Notes: generated by a model not told the origin, from the sequence alone. Positions 18,806-28,561 are shown, numbered from the stretch's first letter. The stretch: 64,000 nt of DNA from Candidatus Micrarchaeota archaeon (GCA_021801225.1 JAJYYF010000012.1:58656-122655), one strand, 5' to 3'. Program-made: numbers and translations.

Positions 18806-20151
18806 CACTAGCAGAAGATATTAGCGAGTATGCAAATACGCTATCCTATAATGAAATTCCTAGTAAAACGATAAAAATAGCTATAGATTCTGTAATAGAT
18901 ACTTTTGGCTGTGCACTAGGAGCTCAAAAAGCTACACCAGTTATCATCGCAAAGAAGACCATTAAAAAAAGTAAAGAAGGAGCATCTATTCTATGCTCAA
19001 ATGAAAAAGCTACCTCTGAAGATGCGGGTTTTGTAAATGGGATAATGTCTAGATATCTAGATTATAACGATTCTTTTGAATCAAAGGAATTTGCGCATCC
19101 TAGCGATAACATACTACCTTTATTTGCAGTAGCCGAGGAGTACGATAGAACAGGCAAAGACCTAATTCTTGCAATAGTCCTAGCCTACGAAGTACAGTGT
19201 CGTCTTTCTAAAGCCGCGAGCTTATGGAAAAGAGGTTGGGATCACACTAGCTATGGCTTAGTAAGCGTCGCAACTGCATCATCAATTTTAATGGACTCTG
19301 GAATAAAAAAGACAACACAAGCTATAAACATAGCCTTAAACTCTCATATAGCCATGAGACAGGTTCGTGCAGGAGAGCTTTCAATGTGGAAAGCAATATC
19401 ATTTCCAAATGCAGCTAAGGATGCAATATTCTCTGCAAAATTAGCAAGCAATGGCATTACCGGTCCTTCTCCAATCTTTGAAGGAGAAATGGGTTTCTGG
19501 AAACAAGTAACAGGTAAGTTTACTTTAAATACAAAATCATTCGGGAACAAAAAGAATCCATTTTTAATAAATGAGCGAATAACAAAGTTTTACCCTGCAG
19601 AGATACGTTCTCAAAGCGCAATAACAGCAGCAATAACTGCTAAAAAAGAGTTAGAAAATATTAATGATATCAAAAAAATAGAGATACTTACTACAGAAAG
19701 TGGTTACAAAGTTTTAGGAAAGGATAAAGAAAAATGGAGCCCAAAAACAAAAGAGACTGCAGATCATAGCCTTCCTTTCATTGTTTGTTCTGCCTTGATT
19801 TATGGTAAGATAACTCCTGATTCTTACTCTCAAAAAAGATTATCTGATGATAAAATCAAAAGACTTCTTAAATTAACAACTGTTAAAGAAAAAAAAGAGT
19901 TAACTGCAAAGTATCCATCTTGTATATCTAATGAAGTAAAAATAACTACAAATACAAAAACAGTTGACAAAACAGTTTATTATCAAAAAGGCCATCCTAA
20001 AAATCCAATGAGCAAAGAAGAGTTAGAACAAAAATTCATGGAACTTGCTTCAGTATCATTGAGTAAAGAAAAATCAATTGTTTTATTAAATGAACTACAT
20101 AATCTTGAAAGTATTAAAAAGATATCCTGTCTATTTGATTTATGTATGTGA
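18802..20151 (+). CDS. MmgE/PrpD-family dehydratase (2-methylcitrate dehydratase-like)
   Basis: 449 aa, the typical PrpD family length. The N-terminus reads IAIDSVIDTFGCALGA...RYLDYNDS...HPSD. Its start overlaps the icd stop (ATGA). Confidence 0.7.
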   Translation: MTLAEDISEYANTLSYNEIPSKTIKIAIDSVIDTFGCALGAQKATPVIIAKKTIKKSKEGASILCSNEKATSEDAGFVNGIMSRYLDYNDSFESKEFAHPSDNILPLFAVAEEYDRTGKDLILAIVLAYEVQCRLSKAASLWKRGWDHTSYGLVSVATASSILMDSGIKKTTQAINIALNSHIAMRQVRAGELSMWKAISFPNAAKDAIFSAKLASNGITGPSPIFEGEMGFWKQVTGKFTLNTKSFGNKKNPFLINERITKFYPAEIRSQSAITAAITAKKELENINDIKKIEILTTESGYKVLGKDKEKWSPKTKETADHSLPFIVCSALIYGKITPDSYSQKRLSDDKIKRLLKLTTVKEKKELTAKYPSCISNEVKITTNTKTVDKTVYYQKGHPKNPMSKEELEQKFMELASVSLSKEKSIVLLNELHNLESIKKISCLFDLCM

Positions 20152-20155
20152 TTTT

Positions 20156-20995
20156 ATGGAAAAAAGAGCATTTGATTTTCTCAATATATATGAACTACCA
20201 AAAAAACCAAGAAAAAAAGGAATAATAGAGATTCGTGGCCCTTATTACTCATCTATAACTTATGACTACTTAAAAGGTCTTCTTCATGACTGGAGTGATT
20301 ATTTCGATGGGTATAAATTTGCAGGTGGTTCAGAACGTTTTCTCTCAAGAAAAACAGTAAAAGATATTCTCGATGCATGTCATGATCATGATGTTTATGT
20401 ATCTACTGGGGGTTTTGTCGAGCGTATAATTGTGCAAGGTCCAAAAGCAGTTGATCAATACATAAAAGAGTGCAAGTCATTAGGTTTTGATGTTGTCGAG
20501 GTATCTAGTGGTTTTGTGGATATATCATTAAAAGATAAAGTGGAGATAGTTAAACAGGTTCAGAAAATGGGGATGAAAGCAAAACCTGAGGTCTCATTTA
20601 TGTATGATGCAGGCGGAGGTACCCATAGGGTAGGTTATGAAGGAGAGATGAAAATGCGCAGAATAGACGATGTAATCTCCGAATTATCCGCACATATTAA
20701 AGCTGGCGTAGATGTAATAATGATTGAGTCAGAAGGCCTTACTGAAGATCTTCCTCCAAACAAATGGCGTTTAGATCTAATTAAAAAAATAACAAATGAG
20801 TTTGGTTTTGACAAATTCATGTTTGAAGCATCAGATCCTCCGGTATTCAAATGGTATCTTAAAAAGTTCGGCAGAGATGTAAATCTTTTCATAGATTACT
20901 CACAGTTAGTAGAATTTAACGCTTGGCGTGCAGGACTTTGGGGAGACGAAGATATTTGGAAAGGCAAAAAGTTTAGTTATAAACCTAGTAAATAA
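20156..20995 (+). CDS. comA: phosphosulfolactate synthase (ComA) family protein
   Basis: The pattern PKKPRKKGIIEIRGPYY...YFDGYKFAGGS...VYVSTGGFVERIIVQG...LGFDVVEVSSGFVDIS matches the ComA family pattern. I prefer the ATG at 20156 (MEKRAF...) because the track start 20090 overlaps the upstream gene. Confidence 0.7.
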   Translation: MEKRAFDFLNIYELPKKPRKKGIIEIRGPYYSSITYDYLKGLLHDWSDYFDGYKFAGGSERFLSRKTVKDILDACHDHDVYVSTGGFVERIIVQGPKAVDQYIKECKSLGFDVVEVSSGFVDISLKDKVEIVKQVQKMGMKAKPEVSFMYDAGGGTHRVGYEGEMKMRRIDDVISELSAHIKAGVDVIMIESEGLTEDLPPNKWRLDLIKKITNEFGFDKFMFEASDPPVFKWYLKKFGRDVNLFIDYSQLVEFNAWRAGLWGDEDIWKGKKFSYKPSK

Positions 20996-21009
20996 CTCTA
21001 TGTGAAAGA

Positions 21010-22425
21010 ATGAAAAACTCAAAAAATAAAAATAAAAACATAAATGATGCATCAATAAATGCAGAGTTTGATTGGGAACTTTATCCAGAAACCGAGAAGT
21101 TTCTTATTTCAATAATAGATGAGTTTCTTTCAAAAAACAAATTTGCAGCTGAATTATCTAAAAAAATGTCTTTACAAACATCTACAAAGTTTTTTAACTG
21201 GGTAGATTACGTAGTAATTCCAGAAAGCAAAGTAAAAGAATCAAATCTTTTAAAACTCGGTTTTAGCAAATTTATACCTACAGATAAAAAGTGCGAATCA
21301 GGAAAGCCTTTCAAACACAGCAGATCCTACTTCTTTCCAGTTATACTAGGGAAGAAAAATGAAACTGAAGTTGCATTAAAACCAGAAGAACTTGACAGTT
21401 TTATACAAGCTATTGGTATTAAAACAAATATTCAAGGTAAACCCTTTTCACGTTTTAGGAAAGCAGTTATCTCTAAAGAAGGAAAGTACACTTTATCAGC
21501 TGTAGAAAGACGAGGATATAATGGTTTCTCAATTGATTCAAAAAACAATACTGATGATACTTTACAATACCTAAATGTCTTGAGTATGTTCTTTTCAAGA
21601 CAACGTTACTTTAAAAATGACAATGAAGGAATAAAATTTACTGAAAAACTTATCTCTTCAGCACTTTCAGTATTAAATAATGCAAGAGTATCCGACGCGT
21701 TTTTTAGATCTGAGAGGAGTTACTGGCAAAGAAGAAATTTAGCTGGGCAGATACAAAAAGCTAGACAAGATAGATTGGGTTTAGGCTGGGGGAATCAAGA
21801 TCATCACACATATCGTTCTTCAAGACAAAACTTTTCAGAAATGATTCACATTTTTGAGTTAATGGGATATAAATGTAGAGAAAAATATTATGCAGGCGAT
21901 AAAGCACATTGGGGTGCACAGATAATGGAGCATGATGTTTGCGATATAGTTGTATTTACAGATGTGGATCTTTATTCTGAAGAAACAGATATTGATTTTC
22001 CACATGAGGGTTTAGTGCAAAAGCAAACATTGGGAACAGTTGGTTTGTGGGTAGGTCTTCACGGCGAAAGTATACTTCAAGCAGGAATGCATCATTTAGA
22101 AGCAAGATTTGATTTTAATGATTTAAAAGATCAGTTACCGAAGTTCGGTGTAAATGTAATGCCACCATTTTCTAACTTCGAGTTCTTAAAACAAGCATTT
22201 ACTGCAGGTGAGGTCTGGAGTGTAGAAAAATCAAGACTGGACTTACTACTTTCTAACTCATCAATAACCAAAGAACAGTATGATAATTTTATGAAAAATG
22301 GTGCCATAGGTAGCCATATGGAGAATCTCGAGAGAACAAAGGGATTTAAAGGCTTTAATAAAAGTTCAGTTACAAAAATTATAAGAGCAACAGATCCTAG
22401 ACTGCAAGAATCATCAATGGCATGA
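21010..22425 (+). CDS. conserved hypothetical protein (471 aa; possibly a VOC-fold/DUF1338-like metalloenzyme, very tentative)
   Basis: The ORF is embedded in the operon. His-rich motifs NQDHHTYRSS, GMHHLEARFDF and GSHMENLERTKGF suggest metal binding. The family assignment rests on vague recollection only. Confidence 0.5.
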   Translation: MKNSKNKNKNINDASINAEFDWELYPETEKFLISIIDEFLSKNKFAAELSKKMSLQTSTKFFNWVDYVVIPESKVKESNLLKLGFSKFIPTDKKCESGKPFKHSRSYFFPVILGKKNETEVALKPEELDSFIQAIGIKTNIQGKPFSRFRKAVISKEGKYTLSAVERRGYNGFSIDSKNNTDDTLQYLNVLSMFFSRQRYFKNDNEGIKFTEKLISSALSVLNNARVSDAFFRSERSYWQRRNLAGQIQKARQDRLGLGWGNQDHHTYRSSRQNFSEMIHIFELMGYKCREKYYAGDKAHWGAQIMEHDVCDIVVFTDVDLYSEETDIDFPHEGLVQKQTLGTVGLWVGLHGESILQAGMHHLEARFDFNDLKDQLPKFGVNVMPPFSNFEFLKQAFTAGEVWSVEKSRLDLLLSNSSITKEQYDNFMKNGAIGSHMENLERTKGFKGFNKSSVTKIIRATDPRLQESSMA

Positions 22426-23378
22426 AAAAAGCTTCAGTGTTTACAATGCAAAATAAAAAGTTACATATTTTAGTAAATAATCCAGAGTACTTTGATGAAG
22501 AAGCAATGAAAATACTCAATAGTATTGGAAATGTAACTGCAAAAAATATGACAAACAAGGAACTCTTGAAAAAAATAAACCTTTTTGATATACTAGTTAT
22601 ACGTGTAGATACAAAACTTACAAAAGAAATACTAGATAAAGCAACAAATTTAAAGTTAATAGGTTCTGCAACCACCGGTCTTAATCACATAGACATAAAC
22701 TACGCAAAAAAGAAAAAAATAAAGATATTAAATCTTCACGGTACACATACCTTGCCAACTGCACAACACACAATTGCTTTAATGCTATCTCTTTCACGTA
22801 ATATTCCTTGGGCATTTGAAAGTCTTAAAAATGGGAAATGGGAGAGATACAGGTTTATAGGAACTCAATTAGACGAAAAAACTCTTGGGATAATTGGCCT
22901 CGGAAGAATAGGCTCACAGGTCGCAAAGTATGCAAAGGCATTTGGAATGAATGTAATAGCGTATGATCCATTTATTAAAAAAAATAAATCAGTTTCGTTG
23001 GTCTCATTAAATACTCTTTTAAAAACATCCGACATAATATCCCTTCATCCTATGCTTACAGAGTCATCAAGAAATATGTTACAATTAAAACAATTAAAGT
23101 TAATGAAAAGAACAGCATTTTTAATTAATACCTCTAGAGGTGAGGTTATAAACTCAAAAGATCTTCTTGTAGCTTTGAAAAAGCATGTAATATCTGGTGC
23201 TGCTCTTGATGTTTTTCCTGAAGAACCTTTTCTTAAAAAAGGCAATAGATTTGTAAGTTATGCACAGAAAAATAAAAATCTTATAATAACACCACACATA
23301 GGTGCATCAACAAAAGAAGCAGTTCATATGGCAGGGTTCGAGATAGCAATGAAGATCAAAAAAGAATTAAAATTATAA
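22422..23378 (+). CDS. D-isomer-specific 2-hydroxyacid dehydrogenase (phosphoglycerate dehydrogenase-like)
   Basis: Has the NAD-binding motif GIIGLGRIGSQVAKYAKAFGMNVIAYDP and the catalytic region INTSRGEVI...LDVF..EP...TPHIGAST. Its start overlaps the previous stop (ATGA). Confidence 0.8.
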   Translation: MKKASVFTMQNKKLHILVNNPEYFDEEAMKILNSIGNVTAKNMTNKELLKKINLFDILVIRVDTKLTKEILDKATNLKLIGSATTGLNHIDINYAKKKKIKILNLHGTHTLPTAQHTIALMLSLSRNIPWAFESLKNGKWERYRFIGTQLDEKTLGIIGLGRIGSQVAKYAKAFGMNVIAYDPFIKKNKSVSLVSLNTLLKTSDIISLHPMLTESSRNMLQLKQLKLMKRTAFLINTSRGEVINSKDLLVALKKHVISGAALDVFPEEPFLKKGNRFVSYAQKNKNLIITPHIGASTKEAVHMAGFEIAMKIKKELKL

Positions 23379-23433
23379 TAATTAAAAAGCAAAATAATTT
23401 AATATAGTATACTCAATAAATTTTAGTGGTTAA

Positions 23434-23769
23434 ATGGGCTATAAAGGAGACGTATTGATTGTTTTAGGAGTTTTACTAATTGTTGTAGCATTTTTTATGG
23501 GCTATGGTCTTTATAACTCTGCAAGTAACTATTCATTATTACAATCATCAAATAAGATATCTGGGAATAATATTACAAACTCTTTCAACAGTTTAGCAAA
23601 TGACATATCGACAGTACTAACCGGTCCCACTTATGAAGTAATACAAATAATAATTCTATTCTTATTTGCAAGTATAGGTTACAAAATAGCTGATCTAGGT
23701 ATACGTTTGAATTCTATAACTCTTGATTTTACAACTACTGTTGAAGAAAAACAAAAAAACAAGAAATAA
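23434..23769 (+). CDS. small membrane protein (2 TM), hypothetical
   Basis: 111 aa with two clear hydrophobic helices (VLIVLGVLLIVVAFFMGYGLY and IIILFLFASIGYKIADLGI). Confidence 0.4.
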   Translation: MGYKGDVLIVLGVLLIVVAFFMGYGLYNSASNYSLLQSSNKISGNNITNSFNSLANDISTVLTGPTYEVIQIIILFLFASIGYKIADLGIRLNSITLDFTTTVEEKQKNKK

Positions 23770-23796
23770 GAAAAATTAAAACAAAAAATAAGTGTT

Positions 23797-24360
23797 TTAG
23801 CAGCAGGCCTGTCTATTTTCAGAGAAATCAAAAGTAGTTTCTGAAGTTATTTTACAAACTCCTAATGGTTGAACATTTACCACATCAAACTCTATGTTAA
23901 TTCCTAGCACAGGCATACTTATTTTATCTCCTTCTATAACTCCTTTATTTACCAACCTCTCTCTAAAGTATCTTTGCCAGTCTATCGGTACAGGTATAGT
24001 GTGAGGTATCTTTCCTTTAGGTCTAACTATTACTTCGTTAGCATCAAAGACCTGTGGCTTTGTTAAAGTTATCTCTTCACCTAGTATTATCCCTAAGTTA
24101 TCTCTAGTTCTTTTGTCTAATCTTACATAATTAGATTTTGAGTCTTTATTGTAACCTTCTATTACAGTTGCAACAGCTTTTTTATCATTAAAACTTAACT
24201 CTACTATATCTCCTGGGACTACATTAAGTTTTTTCTGAATGGTTTTTGTTAAAGGAACAACGCCTAAGTTGTTATCTCTATACATACCTTCTGCAACTAT
24301 TGCAGCAAACTCTCCAGTAATATTCTTTTTAATTTTTTTATCTGGTCGTTTCATTCTCAC
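23797..24360 (-). CDS. stand-alone CDC48/VAT N-terminal-domain protein (double-psi barrel plus beta-clam, no ATPase)
   Basis: 187 aa that aligns by eye with Thermoplasma VAT-N. IVAEGMYRDNNLGVVPL...VVPGDIVELS...KAVATV...NYVRLDKRTRDNLGIILGEEITLTK corresponds to LRVAEA...GDVVEIE...KTVGRV...GIVRIDSVMRNNCGASIGDKVKVRK. It ends after the beta-clam half. Confidence 0.6.
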   Translation of the reverse strand: MRMKRPDKKIKKNITGEFAAIVAEGMYRDNNLGVVPLTKTIQKKLNVVPGDIVELSFNDKKAVATVIEGYNKDSKSNYVRLDKRTRDNLGIILGEEITLTKPQVFDANEVIVRPKGKIPHTIPVPIDWQRYFRERLVNKGVIEGDKISMPVLGINIEFDVVNVQPLGVCKITSETTFDFSENRQACC

Positions 24361-24619
24361 ACCACTTTAATTTAATCATTAAAATATAAATATTGGAAGC
24401 AATTGTTAGTATATCAAAAGTACCTACGAGCAGTTTTTATTTCTTTACTTTTAATAGGTATATGATTAAAAATGATACTTGAAAACTCCACCTCATTTAC
24501 GAATGAGATGAAAATTAACTGGGCATATAAGGTATTGAAATGAAGCATATTACGCATAACATTAACTCAACTCCATTGATCCAAGGAAGTTCACACCTTT
24601 TATGTGTGAGATGATCTAT

Positions 24620-26005
24620 ATGTCAAACGAAACTGTTATAAATAAAATTTTAAATCATGTCTTGAAGGAGATAAAACCCTCTGATAAAGAGTACAAAGAC
24701 ACAATACTTAAAATAAACTTGATTATATCCTCTTTAAAAGAAATTGTTCCAAAAGACGTCGAGATAAAGGTTACCGGATCAGTTTCAAGAGGAACAAATT
24801 TAAAAGGCAACTCAGACATAGATATCTTCTTACTTTTTAAAACAGGTACCACAAAAGATTATTTAGAAAAGATGGGTTTAAAATATGGCAAGGCTCTTGT
24901 AAAAAATAAATCCGATTCATATAGTATAAAATATGCTGAACATCCTTATGTGAGGGTTTTTCTAAAGTCTTTAAATATAAAAGCTGATATAGTTCCAGCA
25001 TTAAAAATTGAGAACGCAGAACAACTTGCTACAGCTGTAGACAGAACACCTTTGCATACAATTTTCATAAATGAAAAATTAAATGAAAAACAAAAAGATC
25101 AAGTACGTTTGTTAAAGTACTTTTTAAAAAATCACTCCTTATATGGTGCTGAAACAAAAACTTCTGGTTTTTCCGGTTACCTGTGCGAGGTGCTTATCTA
25201 TCATTTTGGCACCTTCTTAAATGTACTGAGGTGGAGTTCTAATTTATCTAATAATGTAGTAATCCTTCTTAATAATAAAGAAGACGATAAAGCAACATTG
25301 AGTGAAAATGAGCTGATCAAAAAATTTAATTCTGAGTTTATAGTTGTAGATCCAATTGATAAAAATAGAAATGTTGCTGCTGTTCTATCAAAAGAATCAA
25401 TCTCACGTTTCATAGTAGTTTCAAGAAAATTTCTAGAAGCACCATCTTTGGATTACTTCTATGGTCTTAAATATTCAAATGCAAAATTGAAAAATTACTT
25501 GAAAACATTTATTGAAAAAAGTGGTTTGGATATCTTTTCTCTAACTGTAAATCTTCCTGACAAAAGCGAGGAGATACTTTGGCCGCAGCTTAAAAAATCT
25601 TCTACAATAATAGAGGAGCATTTAAAGAAAAATGAGTTTGACATTTATCTTTCATTACAATTCATATCAGATAAAAAAGGGGTCATTGTACTTCTAGCTC
25701 CAAAACAAGAGAAGAGAACCAGAATGTTTAAGGGACCTGGTGTTATCAATAAAAAAGGAACTGAACAGTTTATGTCGTCTCATTCAAAAACACTTGGTTT
25801 TACATTTTTAGATTCGCGAATCTATTCGTTAGACTATGTATATTATAAAAATATTTCAGAAGCATTGAGCTCAATAAAAAAGAATAGACAACTATACTTT
25901 CACAAAGACATTAATTTATCTAATATAAAAATATCAAAAAACAAGTTTTCTAGTAAAATTACCAATGAGATAGCTTACGAGTTAATGAAAAAATTTTACA
26001 TTTAA
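24620..26005 (+). CDS. cca: archaeal class-I CCA-adding enzyme (tRNA nucleotidyltransferase)
   Basis: Has GSVSRGTNLKGNSDIDIFLLF (the pol-beta NTase G[SG]...D.D motif), AEHPYV and RTPLHT. Start candidates are 24602, 24611 and 24620, and I prefer MSNETVINKIL at 24620. Confidence 0.85.
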   Translation: MSNETVINKILNHVLKEIKPSDKEYKDTILKINLIISSLKEIVPKDVEIKVTGSVSRGTNLKGNSDIDIFLLFKTGTTKDYLEKMGLKYGKALVKNKSDSYSIKYAEHPYVRVFLKSLNIKADIVPALKIENAEQLATAVDRTPLHTIFINEKLNEKQKDQVRLLKYFLKNHSLYGAETKTSGFSGYLCEVLIYHFGTFLNVLRWSSNLSNNVVILLNNKEDDKATLSENELIKKFNSEFIVVDPIDKNRNVAAVLSKESISRFIVVSRKFLEAPSLDYFYGLKYSNAKLKNYLKTFIEKSGLDIFSLTVNLPDKSEEILWPQLKKSSTIIEEHLKKNEFDIYLSLQFISDKKGVIVLLAPKQEKRTRMFKGPGVINKKGTEQFMSSHSKTLGFTFLDSRIYSLDYVYYKNISEALSSIKKNRQLYFHKDINLSNIKISKNKFSSKITNEIAYELMKKFYI

Positions 26006-26021
26006 TCTTTGTTGATATAAA

Positions 26022-27749
26022 ATGAATAATCAAAGAATTGCCGAGATTTTTAATGAAATTGCAGATATGTTGGAGCTATCAAAAGACTCTAATATTTTTG
26101 AGATTAGGGCTTATAAAAAAGCAGCACTTACTATTGAATCTTTATCGGAGGATGTATCTGAAATAATTGAAAAAGATGGGATTGAGGGCTTAACCGAGTT
26201 AAATGGAATAGGCAAGGCTCTCGCAGAAAAGATAAACGAGTTTATTAAAACTGGAAAAATTAAAAAGTATGAAGAACTCAAAAAAATATATCCTATTGAT
26301 TTTAAAAATCTTACACGAATACAAGGTCTTGGGCCTAAAAGGGCATACTCTCTTTATAAAAATCTGAATGTCAGTAACATCGAAGATTTAAAAAAAGTAT
26401 TAAGCGAAAAAAAAATACAAACACTTCCTGGTTTTGGGAAAAAAAGTGAAGAAGAATTAGAAAATGGGATAAAACTTCTTGAGTCTTCAAAAGGCAGAAT
26501 ACTTTTAGGGAAGGCGCTCCCAGAAGCTGAGTTGATAATTAAAAAATTGAAATCATCCGGATTTGTTGAAAAGGTTGTACTTGCCGGTTCTACTAGAAGA
26601 ATGAAAGAAACAGTCGGAGATTTAGATATTCTTGTAATCTCCATAACTCCTGAAAAAGTTATGGATTTTATTACAAAGTTACCTGAAGTGGAAAAGACAA
26701 TCGCTAAGGGCATAACAAAAACAACAGTTTGGCTTAAGATAGGCATAAGTTGTGACATACGCGTTGTTCCAAAAGAAAGTTTTGGCGCAGCACAACAATA
26801 CTTTATAGGAAGTAAGGATCATAATGTGAAGGTACGTCAGATTGCAGTTAAAAAAGGTTATAAATTAAATGAGTATGGTTTATACGATTTAAAGGGTAAA
26901 ATAATAGCTAATGAAGATGAAAGCAATATTTATGAAAAACTAGGCATGCAGTACCCTGAACCAGAAATGCGTGAAAATAGAGGAGAGATTGAGCTTGCAA
27001 AAGAAAATAAACTTCCAAAGCTAATTCGAATTGATGACATACTAGGGGATTTACATATCCACTCAAAATACAGTGATGGACTTAATACTATAGAAGAGAT
27101 GGCAATAGCAGCCGCAAGTTTAGGCAGATCCTATATTGGGATGACTGATCACTCAAAATCGGAGTATGTAGCTAACGGTATGGATGAAAAACGTGTCCTT
27201 AGATATTTCGATGAGATAGACAAAATAAATGAAAAATTAAAAAATAAAATTAAGATATTGAAAAGCGCAGAAACAGACATTTTAAAGGATGGTTCCTTAG
27301 ATTTTTCAGATAAAGTTTTAGAAAAGATGGATTATGTACTAGCAAGTATCCATACAAACTTAAATATGAATAGACAAGACATGACAAAAAGAATACTCAC
27401 TGCAATAAACTCCTACAAAATAAATATAATTGCACATCCTACAGCTCGTTTAATAAATCAAAGACAGCCGATTGAGTTTGATCTTGATAAAGTTTTTCAA
27501 GCGGCTAAAGATAATAATGTAGTTTTAGAAATTAACTCATACCCTGAAAGATTAGATTTAAATGATGAAAATATATTAAGGGCAAAGGAGTTCAATCTAC
27601 TATTTTCGATAAATACGGATTCTCATAGAACCTCTAACCTGGAGTTACTAAGGTATGGTATTGGTATGGCAAAACGCGGATGGTTAATTAAGAAAGACGT
27701 AATTAATACATTGCCATATGAAAATTTAATTAAATTATTCAAAAAATAA
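26022..27749 (+). CDS. polX: family X DNA polymerase with C-terminal PHP domain (PolX)
   Basis: 575 aa with N-terminal HhH motifs, AGSTRRMKETVGDLDILV (pol-beta catalytic Asp residues) and the PHP domain LHIHSKYSDG...TDHS. Confidence 0.85.
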   Translation: MNNQRIAEIFNEIADMLELSKDSNIFEIRAYKKAALTIESLSEDVSEIIEKDGIEGLTELNGIGKALAEKINEFIKTGKIKKYEELKKIYPIDFKNLTRIQGLGPKRAYSLYKNLNVSNIEDLKKVLSEKKIQTLPGFGKKSEEELENGIKLLESSKGRILLGKALPEAELIIKKLKSSGFVEKVVLAGSTRRMKETVGDLDILVISITPEKVMDFITKLPEVEKTIAKGITKTTVWLKIGISCDIRVVPKESFGAAQQYFIGSKDHNVKVRQIAVKKGYKLNEYGLYDLKGKIIANEDESNIYEKLGMQYPEPEMRENRGEIELAKENKLPKLIRIDDILGDLHIHSKYSDGLNTIEEMAIAAASLGRSYIGMTDHSKSEYVANGMDEKRVLRYFDEIDKINEKLKNKIKILKSAETDILKDGSLDFSDKVLEKMDYVLASIHTNLNMNRQDMTKRILTAINSYKINIIAHPTARLINQRQPIEFDLDKVFQAAKDNNVVLEINSYPERLDLNDENILRAKEFNLLFSINTDSHRTSNLELLRYGIGMAKRGWLIKKDVINTLPYENLIKLFKK

Positions 27750-27757
27750 CTGATTTT

Positions 27758-28561
27758 TTATTTACCTGCGTTAATTATAGTTCCTACTACTTTATTTCCT
27801 AATACTGCATCACTCAATCTTCCTATTTTTTGTAAATTTACAATTTGACAAATAGCTCCTGTTTCTTTTGATATATTGTATAAATATGAGACCTTGCTCT
27901 TCATTCCTCCAGTAACATCAATTTTTGTTGATTTTCCAGAGTAATTCAATACCTGATCTATATTATTTTTATTTACATTCTCAATAAGTTTTGCATCTGA
28001 ACTTAATTTCGGATCCTTGTCAAATATACCATCAACATCAGTCCCTATAATTAATTTATTTGGTTTTATTTTATTAGATAATGCTCTGAATACCTCTTCT
28101 GTAGAGGCAATACAAACTCCTTGTTTATTATCTAATACTACATCACCATATGTCATGGGCAAAAATCCTAAATCAAAAGCTTTTTCAATAGGGGAGGTAT
28201 CCCAATCGAAGATCCTACCACCTTCAGCCAAAGAAGCTGTAGATGGTGAAAAAGAAAAAGGTGATAATCCTTCTTCAATTGCACACTCTATTACTATTCT
28301 ATGCAATTTTGCAGCTGCATTCTGGGTTACTGCTGCTCCATAGGTGCTGTTTTTTTCTATAAGTCCTAAATTAACTTTGTATTTATGTGCAGGAACATGC
28401 GCAAAAGAACCGCTTCCATGTCCAATCAAAACCCTTTTTTTATCTAAACAAGGTTTTATTTCTTTTAATAAACGTTTTATCTCTTCTTTTTTTGCAGTTC
28501 CCTCCTTATTTATATCAGTTATCGCACTCCCTCCTATTTTAATAAATACAGTATCCATCAC
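27758..28561 (-). CDS. ipk: isopentenyl phosphate kinase (amino-acid-kinase fold)
   Basis: 267 aa with FIKIGGSAITDK, IGHGSGSFAH and GTDVDGIFDKDP. It lies adjacent to a mevalonate-pathway decarboxylase. Confidence 0.8.
   Translation of the reverse strand: MMDTVFIKIGGSAITDINKEGTAKKEEIKRLLKEIKPCLDKKRVLIGHGSGSFAHVPAHKYKVNLGLIEKNSTYGAAVTQNAAAKLHRIVIECAIEEGLSPFSFSPSTASLAEGGRIFDWDTSPIEKAFDLGFLPMTYGDVVLDNKQGVCIASTEEVFRALSNKIKPNKLIIGTDVDGIFDKDPKLSSDAKLIENVNKNNIDQVLNYSGKSTKIDVTGGMKSKVSYLYNISKETGAICQIVNLQKIGRLSDAVLGNKVVGTIINAGK

Noticed and set aside
20090-20155. The 22-codon N-terminal extension of the ComA-like ORF given in the ORF track (start 20090).
   Set aside because: It overlaps the 3' end of the PrpD-family gene and encodes non-conserved-looking sequence (MNYIILKVLKRYPVYLIYVCDF). 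The ATG at 20156 sits 4 nt after the upstream stop and begins the family-like sequence.
24361-24601. A 241-bp spacer upstream of cca, examined for a C/D-box sRNA or small ORF. It contains TGATAC / TGAGATGA-like strings and the hairpin CTCATTTACGAATGAG.
   Set aside because: There is no proper C (RUGAUGA) plus D (CUGA) box pair at the right spacing, and the only ORFs are 11-24 codons without features. It is probably just promoter/5' region.
26354-26758. Antisense ORFs from the six-frame track nested inside well-supported genes. Examples: 26354..26758, 17692..18084, 18094..18471, 28017..28343, 28344..28613, 28991..29344, 32510..32860, 33195..33530, 38713..38964, 40000..40377, 43573..44085, 46599..46889, 48078..48299, 49613..49882, 53543..53851.
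   Set aside because: Each lies opposite a gene with clear family motifs. Their translations are low-complexity, hydrophobic mirror images (F/L/I/S/V-rich) with no motifs. They are typical shadow ORFs of AT-rich DNA.
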